Of a DNA stretch of 64,000 bases, positions 1 to 10,400 are shown piece after piece (positions within the stretch are counted from its first letter, which is position 1; every line of letters begins with the position of its first letter). The stretch comes from Mayamaea pseudoterrestris (Eukaryota). The stretch covers positions 372,001-436,000 of the forward strand of contig BROI01000024.1 of NCBI GenBank assembly GCA_027923505.1, given 5' to 3'. The translations under genes and the position numbers were made by a program. The notes beneath the pieces are model-generated. The model was not told where the DNA came from. It was given only the letters and a program-made list of their open reading frames with translations, and made no database searches.

Positions 1-1276
1 ACTCGCATCGCTCCTCCATGCCAGCCTTGTCACCGAGACCATCTTGGATAATGGTATCATTCTTGGAAATGGAAGCCTTCTTGGATCGACCCAAGTGTTC
101 CGGCCGGACTTCCTCCAGCTTGAGGCCAATGTCTTCCGAAATGACAGTTCCGCCAGTCAAAAGGGCAATATCCTGCATGGTCGCCTTGCGGTTGTCTCCA
201 AAGCCAGGCGCCTTGACGGCGCAAACCTTGATTCCGGCGCGAAGCTTGTTCACGACAAGAGTTGCAAGCGCCTCACTCTCAACATCCTCGGCAATAATCA
301 GCAAGGATGACTGCGACTTGATGACGGACTCGAGCAAAGGGACTAGTTGCTGCAGGTTGCTAACCTTCTTTTCAACCAACAAAATCAAAGGATTCTCAAG
401 CTCGCAAGTTTGCGTCTTGGCATCCGTGATAAAGTAGGGGCTAATGTAACCACGGTCAAACTTCATACCCTCGACAACGTTAAGCTCATTTTCAATCGTC
501 TTGCCGTCTTCAACCGTAATGACGCCTTCCTTGCCAACCTTTTCCATGGCATCGGCAATCAAGTTTCCAATCTCCGAGTCCGAGTTTGCCGAAATGGTTC
601 CAACCTGCGACACTTCCTCCTTTGACGAAATGGGTCGACTAATTTCACCAAGAGTCTTGACGACACTATCCACTGCCAGCTGAATACCCCGACGCAAGTC
701 TTGCGGATTCAGTCCAGCCGCCACCGCCTTGCATCCCTCCGAGTAAATGGCCCGCGCCAAGACAGTCGCCGTCGTGGTGCCATCTCCCGCTAAATCGTTC
801 GTTTTGGAAGCAACACTCTTGATGAGTTGGGCGCCCATGTCCTCAAAGGGATCCTCAAAGTCAATCGACTTGGCCACAGTCACGCCGTCCTTGGTAATCT
901 TGGGAGGTCCGTAGGGTTGCTGGATAATGGCGTTGCGGCCCTTGGGTCCAAGAGTTACCTGGAATAGTGGAGCAAATGATAACGTTACGTGAGAGACTCA
1001 TTCGTTGTTCTTTCGCGGCGACTGCATGTTCGATTGTTCTGCGCAAAAGACTGCCAATCGCCCTAATACAGTCATCTTCATTAGTTCAACCATATTACTA
1101 TACAAACATTTTCTTGTACATACCTGCACGGCATCCGCCAGCGTGTTGACTCCGGCCAGCATGGCGTTGCGTCCGTCGACGCCAAACTTGATTTCCTTGG
1201 CGAATCCGCGGGAAACGACGCGCGTGCTGCGGGCAGCCACGCGGGCTCCCGTCTTGTGTAGTGCAGAAAGCATCAT
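1..1276 (-). CDS. HSP60: Mitochondrial chaperonin 60 (GroEL family), runs off the window's left edge; exons 1276-1124 and 958-<1
   Basis: Arg-rich presequence [25 protein letters not shown], then [35 protein letters not shown]...TKDGVTVAK...[16 protein letters not shown] intron 1123-959 restores the frame. Confidence 0.96.
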
Positions 1277-1609
1277 GTTTATAATATAACGAATGAGTTA
1301 ATAAGTTACGGAAGAACGCGAAATGTACTCGAGTCAAGTCTGCTGGTTTGAAAGAACTTGTGTGTGATGAGCGAAAAACCAAAAGCGACGCGCTTGGTTG
1401 GTCGTCGAACGCTTTCACGTGGAAGCAGGTGGCGAAAGAGCCTGACATGACGTCATCGAATGAGACAGCGTCGCAGCGGTGAAGAAATCGAGTCACGCGT
1501 CATGCTCGTGTCACGCGCAAACTTGAATCCGCGATCTTTCCGTTTTCTTCAAAAAGCAAACCTTGACACTTGGCTTGCTCGGGCTTCTTACAATATCTGC
1601 TGCAACATC
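1277..1609. promoter_or_regulatory. Bidirectional promoter region between HSP60 and the LHC gene, with CACGTGGAA (1416-1424) and the palindrome ATGACGTCAT (1447-1456)
   Basis: 333 bp between divergent ATGs; motifs read directly, function inferred. Confidence 0.5.
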
Positions 1610-2639
1610 ATGATGAAGTCTGCCATTCTCTTCACGGTCTTATCATCGGCTGCTGCCTTTGCGCCGGTGCAAACCTCCAGCGCCAAGTCGACGTTGGAAG
1701 CGTACGTTTCTTCATTCTTGTCGATGTTGCATCTTCGTTCGTATCAATGTTCCAATGACAGTCGATTCTCACATGTCTTTCGTCGCTCACTCCAATTCGC
1801 AGAGGCAAGGCTGACCTTCAAGTCATTGCGGAAAAAGCGAATCCATTGGTCAAGTTTTATGATCCGCTCTCGCTTGCGGACGCTGACTTTTGGGGCTTTG
1901 GCAATGAAGCAACGGTGCGTGTGAATTTAGGTTATCTTCAACACGGACATGCGCGTAGAGTAAATTATAGGAATAGCTAACAAACTCCATATTTACATAT
2001 ACTACAGATTGGGTGGCTTCGGCATTCCGAGATCAAACACGGACGCATTGCCCAAGCGGCATTCGTCGGATACGTTGTGCAAAGCAACGTTGTCTTTCCT
2101 TGGCCGCAGACCTTGGATGGAAGTAAGTGTAACAAGCGGAAGATCATCATGCTTATTTTGACCAATCTAACGTTTAACGCTCTATTTCCTAACCTTCGAT
2201 AGCCGCACACCCTTCAGCGGACCTGATCCCTGAAGCCCAGTGGGACGCTGTTCCGGTGGGAGCCAAGTGGCAAATCTTTGCCGTCATTTCCTTGTTGGAG
2301 CTCTGGGACGAATGCGGAGGTGGCGGAGTCCTTCCCCACTACACCAAGGGGCGCAAGCCGGGACAGTATCCTTCCTTTCAAACCTTTCGCGAAAACGTGC
2401 ACCCTGTCTTGGACCTCTATGACCCATTTGGCTTTAGCAAGAACGCGTCAGCGGAAACGAAGGAGCGTCGTCTCATTGCAGAATTAAACAATGGAAGGCT
2501 GGCAATGCTAGGAATATTCGGCTTTCTTTGCGCAGACAAGATCCCCGGGTCCGTTCCGCTCCTTGACGCGCTTGGCGTCTCTAGCCCTTACAGTGGGGAC
2601 CCAATGATTCCATTTGAAGGACAGTTCTCTTACTTTTAA
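1610..2639 (+). CDS. Fucoxanthin-chlorophyll a/c light-harvesting protein (probably Lhcq-type); exons 1610-1701, 1803-1914, 2008-2122, 2203-2639
   Basis: Signal peptide plus AAAFAP plastid motif; [18 protein letters not shown] (helix 1), YDPFG and [11 protein letters not shown] (helix 3); three GT-AG introns join in frame. Confidence 0.93.
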
Positions 2640-3001
2640 ATAAAGAAGACTGATCAATGTTGGTGCATCGTGCATCGACGACTTACTGCCCCTGCTGCGC
2701 CCTTCAATGCTTACCAAAGAAACACCATACTCGTGCACTGCAGTCACTTAATGCTAATTCTTGAATCTCTGGCTCTTGAGCTATCCTACATCCTTATGTT
2801 ATACTACTAGGTCAATTTATTTCCGCTCAAACGACACTATGTCTGTGCTCTGTGCATTAAGCTGATATTTTCTGAGGCTACTCGCAGGCTGCAAACTTTG
2901 AATTCCTTCAATGTTAAGCAACCTTCTCCTCACTCGAGCAATACACTTCGGTGCAGCAGCTTTAGATTTTAGTGCAAGAGAGTGTGATAGTGGGTTCACA
3001 C

Positions 3002-3805
3002 TCATTCGTTTTCGCCGTAGATTACGCCGCGCTTTAGCGCCGCCACTTCCGACTGCAAGTTCTGTCGAGCTTGCGTTTCAAACGCTGTTCCCAGCACATG
3101 CGTGCCATAGATTAAACCTTGCGCTAGAAATGCTTCCAGAACTTTTGCGCGCTTGGTGCAGTATACGTTTCGGTCGACGAAACCATATTCCCTACGAATC
3201 AGTGTTGCGTAAGTTTGATAGGCACTTTGTTGCTTGCCAAGCACCGCCATGTCCAAATCCAAAAACAGCGCCAGCGACAAAGGATTGTCAGCCGACAAGA
3301 CATGCTTCTTGGTGGCGAGAATGTAACGTGAAACGTCTTCGACGAGGGCTGCATGTGTCGTAGCAAAGCCTGCTTGATTGGCAAAGGTTTCAAAGAGCTG
3401 CGCACTGTCTTCTTCGTTGCAAGCAGACTTGGGGTCGTAGATGGCGTCGTGGAAAAAGATGGAGAGCAAAATCGTTTGTTCATCGCCCATAAAGGAAAGG
3501 TACCCTTCGTCCGTGAGCATTGCCAAGTAGTGAAGCATTTCTTCAAGGTGCACGGCAGTGTGGTAATGCCTCGACGGTTCCGTATGGAGATCCCATAGTC
3601 GGCCATACCACGTCTCTATCATTTCAACCTGTATATTCAATCCTGCGGTCGCTCGGAGCCAATCTTCGTGCAGCATGGTTTTCAGAAGCGGGCGTTGTGA
3701 CGGATCAAAGCAGCCGTTTCGAGCGACGGATGAGCCTGCAATCAGCAACGAAAGCTGCTCGTTTTTTCTGTCATTATTACATTTCTCTGTTGACTCGTCT
3801 GACAT
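3002..3805 (-). CDS. Predicted HD-superfamily metal-dependent phosphohydrolase (COG4339-like)
   Basis: RHYHTAVHL, FHDAIYDP..NEEDSA, FLDLDMAVLG and IRREY motifs; single exon. Confidence 0.85.
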   Translation of the reverse strand: MSDESTEKCNNDRKNEQLSLLIAGSSVARNGCFDPSQRPLLKTMLHEDWLRATAGLNIQVEMIETWYGRLWDLHTEPSRHYHTAVHLEEMLHYLAMLTDEGYLSFMGDEQTILLSIFFHDAIYDPKSACNEEDSAQLFETFANQAGFATTHAALVEDVSRYILATKKHVLSADNPLSLALFLDLDMAVLGKQQSAYQTYATLIRREYGFVDRNVYCTKRAKVLEAFLAQGLIYGTHVLGTAFETQARQNLQSEVAALKRGVIYGENE

Positions 3806-3969
3806 ATTGTGATGTGACAGTGCTAACTAAGTATCTAGATCGTCACTGATGCTGCTAATGGTTTGAAGCAAAAGACTTGTTGATCCCGAGAGGTGGTCGA
3901 GAATTGGAAACGTCACGTCGTCTCCCGCGCCGGCGCGCCAAGACTCAGACGCGTTAGGGTTGAGGATCG

Positions 3970-5040
3970 ATGCACCGCGCGATTCGTCTCGACCATGGCA
4001 GACTTGCCTTCGCTCGCATCACTCCAGCCGCAGCTTCCATGATGCTACCAAGACCGGGAAAACCAAAGCAACAAAAGAAATATACTGATACTAACTTGTA
4101 TCAGCCTTCAATATATTCATTCAAATGCCGCGGCATTTACAGTCTCTCCTCAGAGCCAGCACTGCAGCCTCAACATAGTCGCCAAGGATTATGCCGCGGC
4201 TTGCGCACGTCGCTGGAACTCTTGGCCGACATGGAACCGTGCGATCGCGAGTCTGCCATCAAGAGTTTCACGTACATGACTGACTACGATCTGGACGAGT
4301 CGGATGCAAACTCGTTGAACCAAAAGACCAAGAGTATTCTCGTATCGCCTGCAATAATCTATAAGGAACAAGGTACTTCTGATGAATCTAAACAATCTAC
4401 TCCACTGCTGGAGGAAGAATTAATCAAGCGACAGGAATGGTCCTGCTATGGATCGACCGAGGTGGATGTGCTGGTGCTAAAGAATGAAGCGGAAGGGACG
4501 GAACATGTTGCCGCCGTGGCGCCACGAAACGTTGGTTTATCGATTCGCAAGATTGAAACGGAGGAGGGAAACATTTCGTCGATTGGCATTGGCTTTGTGA
4601 ATATCGTCGTTGACACTGGTCCCATTTTGGACGAGCATGGGCAGCAGCCTGGTAGACTGGCAGGTGCTGCTGGTGCAACTCCTGGTGCGACGCGCAAGGG
4701 AAACCGACAGGAAACAATTGCCAAGGGCGGCGACGACAAGACGAATGCACCATCACCCGCAACACCAGGCGTCCCTCCAGTACTGTCCCCAGTGAGTCTG
4801 GAGGGACTCAAGACGCATTTGTTCAATACGTTTGAGTTTTCCAAAAAGGTTGGCGAGCACGTAAAGCATAATCTGGATTTCTTGTCGGATACAATGCAGG
4901 ATGACTTTCCCTCCAGATGCTGGTCAGCCGGCACCAAGATTGTCGACGAGATTCCTCGGACGGCTCGTCGAACAGCGTCGTACATGGGAAAAATGTATGG
5001 TCGATGGATGAATGATGAGGATGACGAAAATGGGCACTAA
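3970..5040 (+). CDS. Hypothetical protein (start uncertain)
   Basis: 356-codon ORF filling the gap between genes; no motif recognised. Confidence 0.6.
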   Translation: MHRAIRLDHGRLAFARITPAAASMMLPRPGKPKQQKKYTDTNLYQPSIYSFKCRGIYSLSSEPALQPQHSRQGLCRGLRTSLELLADMEPCDRESAIKSFTYMTDYDLDESDANSLNQKTKSILVSPAIIYKEQGTSDESKQSTPLLEEELIKRQEWSCYGSTEVDVLVLKNEAEGTEHVAAVAPRNVGLSIRKIETEEGNISSIGIGFVNIVVDTGPILDEHGQQPGRLAGAAGATPGATRKGNRQETIAKGGDDKTNAPSPATPGVPPVLSPVSLEGLKTHLFNTFEFSKKVGEHVKHNLDFLSDTMQDDFPSRCWSAGTKIVDEIPRTARRTASYMGKMYGRWMNDEDDENGH

Positions 5041-5552
5041 GAGTATATGGCAGCAAGAAGTTGGTGGCGCTCGAAGAAGTCAGACCGTATTTGCCTAAGT
5101 ATGACCTATGTTTACCTATACATTCTGTATTTTCACTTGGGTCCTGCTCTGTACATGGAATGTAGATAGAGCTGGCGGATGGCCTATCATCTTAGTCCGT
5201 GCCCTGCCAGTACGGAACGCGAGTCGACATTTTGGAACATCCATTGCTTGCCAGCCACACAGGGTATAATTGTGTTATGATTAGAATGAGTCCATAGCGA
5301 CAGCTGAATGAAAAGAGCTTGTCCATTTTTAACTGTATGATCTCGTTTGGATCCGATTCCTTCGTCGCCTCGATTCCTCTCACGATTCAAAATTGTGTCG
5401 CACCGTTTCTGAAGTTGATGACGAGTCGAAAGATTCGACCACGTCGCTTTTTCGCCACGACGAACGACGATTGAACAGCCTCGAAGCTCGAGTCCGCGAT
5501 CCAAATGCGCTCACAAATAATCCAAACTACGCAAACCAACAATTTTTCCATC

Positions 5553-5807
5553 ATGAGTTTCCGCCAAATTGTCTCCAAGCTTGTCTTTCCCACGTTGGAA
5601 CGGGACTTGAGCCGCAGCATGGCGACGGAAATGTCTACCGCCAGCGAAATGGTGGAAAACATGCTTGCTCCTTCCCTCGTCTATGGATATGCAACCGCCA
5701 AGTCGTCTGGTGCCTTTCAAGCGTCTGGAGCTCGCCATGAGTTCGTCAAGGTTCACTATCCCATTACAAAGGAAGGACTCTTCCAGGACAAGGAGAGCTG
5801 GCATTAG
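5553..5807 (+). CDS. Small hypothetical protein (84 aa), possible mitochondrial presequence
   Basis: ATG follows a C/A-rich leader; coding-like codon usage; MSFRQIVSKLVFPTLERDLSRSM N-terminus. Confidence 0.55.
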   Translation: MSFRQIVSKLVFPTLERDLSRSMATEMSTASEMVENMLAPSLVYGYATAKSSGAFQASGARHEFVKVHYPITKEGLFQDKESWH

Positions 5808-6073
5808 ATTTCTCTCGTCATTGCTCGAGCTACCGCTCGTTGGATTCGAGCTTCGGTTGTGCTCTCTCGCTGTGTGTGTGCTCCTTGCAAGACTCGAGTC
5901 ACGATCATACAACATACATGTTTCTACGCAGCTGCTGGCTGTTCAAGACAATGGATTGAATGGTGCGCATCCACTTCTTTTGCATACTGTATAGACAAGA
6001 AATAAGATAATAAGAACAGGTTCCATGCATATCTATCATCAGTTTCTTTATCTTAAACATAATATATTCGTGT

Positions 6074-7138
6074 TTATTTGTCAACATTTGGTTCGACCCA
6101 GAAGGTTTGTCCATTGGAGCATTCAACAAGCTTGCGTCCATCCGCAAAGTGACGCTCCACTTGCCCACTGGCAGCAAACTCATAGATGATCGAATCGTCC
6201 TCCGGATGCGTTGACTTTGTCACTTGCGACGCGGCAAAATAGTATTTCGACGTCTTGGTGCGAGCGTTGCAGGTGTGAACGTCGCCATTGGCAAAGCGCG
6301 TGACGGTCGTGCCGTCGTCAAATATTTCCTTTTCGGCGCCGTTCCAGTATTGAATGACAACATTGCCAGCGTCATTCAAGGTCTTGAAACGACGACGACG
6401 CAAATTATTGTCATCGTTTGTATGATTTTCTTGGTCGTCGGGAGTCGATGGAAAGAAGGGTGCGTCTTGCGGATGCGGCGTCGTACAATCAGATTCGCCA
6501 GGCGACGGTGGATTTGGATTCTCCTTTTCCTGGACAGAATCTTTCATGTTCAGCTGATCCTCCAACTCAGCGATGCGATGTTGCTGATACATGAGACCCT
6601 TGTGCATTTGCTCATGTAGTTTCTCGTATTGCTGGACAGAGTCTTGGTGCGTTGCCTGCAGCGCGTCATACTTTTCCTGCAGCTGCACGAGCGCCTGCGC
6701 ATAGGATTCGAGCTGCTGCGAAACTTGAGCTCGCTCGCAATCAATGAGTTCTCGCTCCCTATTCACCCAACGATGAACTGCATTGCGCATTTGTTCCGTC
6801 CAGTCCGACGGAGCAATTGCTTGAAGAGTGGATTGCAGTTGCTGTGAATGGTTGATTGAGTCGTTTATTGCATCAGATCCAGTCGAAATGAACGACTCAT
6901 CTATGGTCGGACCTGGCTTGGAACCAAAATCGTGCATTACTTTCTCAATCAATCTTTGACTGCCCATGGAAAGATTCGCTTGTTCATTCAGAATTTTGCT
7001 CGGCTGCAATGGTGTGCGCTGCTCGGGCGTTGCTGCTGCGGCTGCGGATCCTTGAGGCTTTCGCAAAATCATGGGCGTCGTATCTACCGACAAACTAAAG
7101 TCGTTCAATGTTTTCAGGATGTCTTCAATTTCATTCAT
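6074..7138 (-). CDS. Coiled-coil protein with C-terminal TCP10/G-box domain (SAS-4/CENPJ-like)
   Basis: Central heptad coiled coil; C-terminal glycine-turn beta repeats YWNGAEKEIFDDGTTVTRFANGDV...YYFAASQV...GQVERHFADGRKLVECSNG, typical of Tcp10_C. Confidence 0.8.
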   Translation of the reverse strand: MNEIEDILKTLNDFSLSVDTTPMILRKPQGSAAAAATPEQRTPLQPSKILNEQANLSMGSQRLIEKVMHDFGSKPGPTIDESFISTGSDAINDSINHSQQLQSTLQAIAPSDWTEQMRNAVHRWVNRERELIDCERAQVSQQLESYAQALVQLQEKYDALQATHQDSVQQYEKLHEQMHKGLMYQQHRIAELEDQLNMKDSVQEKENPNPPSPGESDCTTPHPQDAPFFPSTPDDQENHTNDDNNLRRRRFKTLNDAGNVVIQYWNGAEKEIFDDGTTVTRFANGDVHTCNARTKTSKYYFAASQVTKSTHPEDDSIIYEFAASGQVERHFADGRKLVECSNGQTFWVEPNVDK

Positions 7139-7411
7139 GATAGCAAATTGTAGGGTGAATAGAAAGACAAGTGCATTGCTGAAGCAAGAAGCAAGTGATT
7201 CGCCATGGTCGTTTGATGCCTTGATAAAGTCGTGACGTCGGGCGAGCTTTGCTGCACGCGAGGCGGCCTTGACCGTTGCATACGTTCCGCCGGTGCGACA
7301 TTTTGGACATTATCGCTCATTCATCGACCATGACATTTGCCGTGCACACTGCTCACTCTGGTCTCGCAAGTCTGTACTGCTGCATAGAAAGAGTAGACAA
7401 ACGAACTAACA

Positions 7412-10400
7412 ATGAGCTCTTCTGCTCCCGTACCGCCGAAACGGGCTCCATTGGGGACGCGATCAAACAAAGCGCCTGGAAATTTGCAAGGTTTTGAATA
7501 CAGCAATAAGCATCGCACGTCAAAGCTCCAGCCACTAGCAACTCATCATAATGACAGTGAAAACACTTTGAATCGAAAGTCGACAATCAGCAATAGCGAA
7601 AAGAGCAAGCGAGTTAGCTTTGGCTTGAGCAACAATGAAGAGAAAGTACGTGGCTTTGCCGAAGCTACCACCTCGACGCAAACGTCGGCCGCCACGAAAT
7701 CAACAACACCGTTGCAAGTCGCTCGCCAACCTCTCGGTCTACGCGGAATCCGACAGTCACTGCGAGAGACGATTTCGCCGCTTCCTCTCAAGGCTCGCAA
7801 GCAGACGCCGGCGCGACCGTCAGTTGGAATGACTAGTCTTGTGGACATGACACCAAGATCCTTGCTTCGAAGCGAATTGGATGAGACGGACGAGCTATTT
7901 GAAGAGTCTCTCTTGCTGTCGCCTGCAATTTTAAGCAAGAAAAGTCTTGCTATTCGCAATGTCGCGCAAGATGTAACTCATCCGCTGGGTAGAGCCGCGG
8001 ATCGCTGTGCAGAAGCAGTCGCTAAAATGGATGAAACGTCCCTGCCAAGCGCACAGAAGATGGAAAGATTACAGTCTGACACGCTTTTGCAAACTGCTCG
8101 GGTTCACAAGAAGGCAGATGAGGCAAAAGTGATTGCATTGCATTCCAAACCCGAGTTTGCAGCTTCTGCCGTCGCTGCATACCGCGCTCCTCGGACCACC
8201 TTCTCGCCACTGACTGGAACCAACGCTGTTTGTATGGATCTTTCTGGTATGTTTCGAGACGTTGCGTCGACCACCAAACCTACACCGCTCTCGAAATTTA
8301 CAATGTCGCTGCAAAATCGTCTAGCGACGGCACAGAAACCAAAGCAGTCAATTGCAGCGCCAAATACTCATACGGTTAGTATCAAGAAGTCGATTCCGTT
8401 GAGGCCTAAAGGACCGAGACTTCCACCAAGCGAATCCATAGCAATCAGTGACAACAGCCAGGAGTGGTCAATCAAGCAATGCGAAACATTTACAAACTGG
8501 CTCAATTTTACCATCCAGCCTCCGGATGAGGACGAGGAACTTATCGCTTCAGTGGACGAAAAGAACCGATCGGCTCTTCGTTGTCTCTTGATGCATCAGC
8601 AATTGGCGCAAGCCCGCCAGAGGGCATCAATTCTATACAAAAGCAAAATTATGGATTTGGTTCGCAAAGCAATCGGCAATGAGATAGCCAAGGGCAAGAT
8701 GACGCTAAGAAAGGACAAGGACTTGAATGCAGACTTGACACTCCGAAAGCAAATCATCAATCAACTGCTTTCGTATTCCACTCCATTTCTGCGAGTCTGC
8801 CTGGAGACCATGTTTGGAACATTGATTGATCCTCAAGCACTTATTGAAGCATCGGCTATTCGCGAAAAACTTGGTGTCAAGGGTACGATTAAAAAAGGAT
8901 CGACGATGTCGCGGATGAAGGTGGCTTTGAAACAGTTCCTTGTCACCAAAGTGCTTTCGGATGATAAGACGTTGGCCAAATATACTAAACATCATTGCAA
9001 GGTGCCTTCGGGAAGGTTTGGAATCGAGTACCAGGCAGAGATGCAAGCGCTGATTCTAAACCGGTTAATTATCCTGTTCGTCTTCCTCGACAAATGCAAG
9101 GAAGCAAACATAATCGACAAGGCCCCCAAACTATTTGAAGATACAGCTCCAGTCAAGTCTTCGCGTGATGTCCTATTGATGTTCTCGCGCGAATATTTGT
9201 CTGCCGAAGGTGATTTTGTCAAGCATTTAAGTCGTATCGGAGTAAAGGTGTCTTATGTGCAGAATCCTATTGATGAACTTGAATTTGCAGTGTCAAACCT
9301 TGCGACAGACCTTCGTGACGGCGTAAAGCTGGCTCGCATGACTGAGGTGCTACGCAAGATTCCTCGAACAACGATACTTGGATCACTTCGACTTCCAGCT
9401 GTCTCTCGCCTGCAAAAGCTTCACAACCTTGGACTTGTCTTGCACAACCTTCGAGCTTTCGGCATTCCCATTCCTGTCGACATTGCGCCGCACCATATAG
9501 TCGACAGTCACCGTGAAATTGTTCTCAAACTCCTGTGGTCAGTTGTTGCTCATTGCTGCATGAACGACTTAGTCGACTTTGATAGGATGCGCAATGAGGT
9601 AACTCGCATCGAACGCTTGAATACATTCCGTAAAATAAGCAATTCTTTACAAAACGTCTCGTCAAATCCCGGTGACACTTTGAATGATGAACAAACACTT
9701 AAATCTCTACTTAAGCGGTGGTCAAAGGCAATCTGCATCCGCTTTCATGTTTCTGTACAAAATCTCTCATCCGATTTCGCTGATGGAAAAGCCTTGTGCC
9801 TTCTGATCCATTACTATCAGCCGACGATTCTCCGACAGAACGAGATAAAGGATACCACACGAGATTTGCCAAGTGCCTGCCGCTTTTTAGATGACGTTGT
9901 GGAAAAGGCACGAGCAAATGAGCGCTACAATATCAGTCTTGCCAATTCCCGACTTGCTGAATTAGGTGGCATTCCAAAAATGATCCCGGCCTGTGACACT
10001 TCAGCAATCCCGGACGAAAAATCCATGCTCTTGTGTTTAGCCTACATGTTCTCTCGTCTCTTTGAGGCGAATGGCGAAGTCCGCGCTGCCGTTATGATTC
10101 AGCGCAACTATCGTCGCTGTCGACGTATTATCGAAATGCAGCTCAAGGAAGCAGCTGCGCGGCTGATTTATTCGACTTGGTGCAAGCGCAAAAATGATTT
10201 CTACGCAAATACACGGCTGAAATACGCTCATGCGGTTCGTGTCATAGAGAGATTTGTCACGAAGAACGGTGATGGCATCTTACGGATGAAAAGGAATCGA
10301 GTTGTCGGCGAACAATACTGTCGATCCGCCACAATTCTCCAGGCTTACATCCGGAGAATCTTGGCGCAGGATCGTTACTTTTCCATGCTCCAGTTCCATC

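Noticed and set aside
18..683. Several plus-strand ORFs at the window start
   Set aside because: Antisense shadows of HSP60 exon 2
2047..2061. LHC helix 1 reads GRIAQAAF rather than the usual GRIAMAAF
   Set aside because: A single substitution; the chlorophyll-ligand E, H and R residues are intact, and it cannot be judged without an alignment
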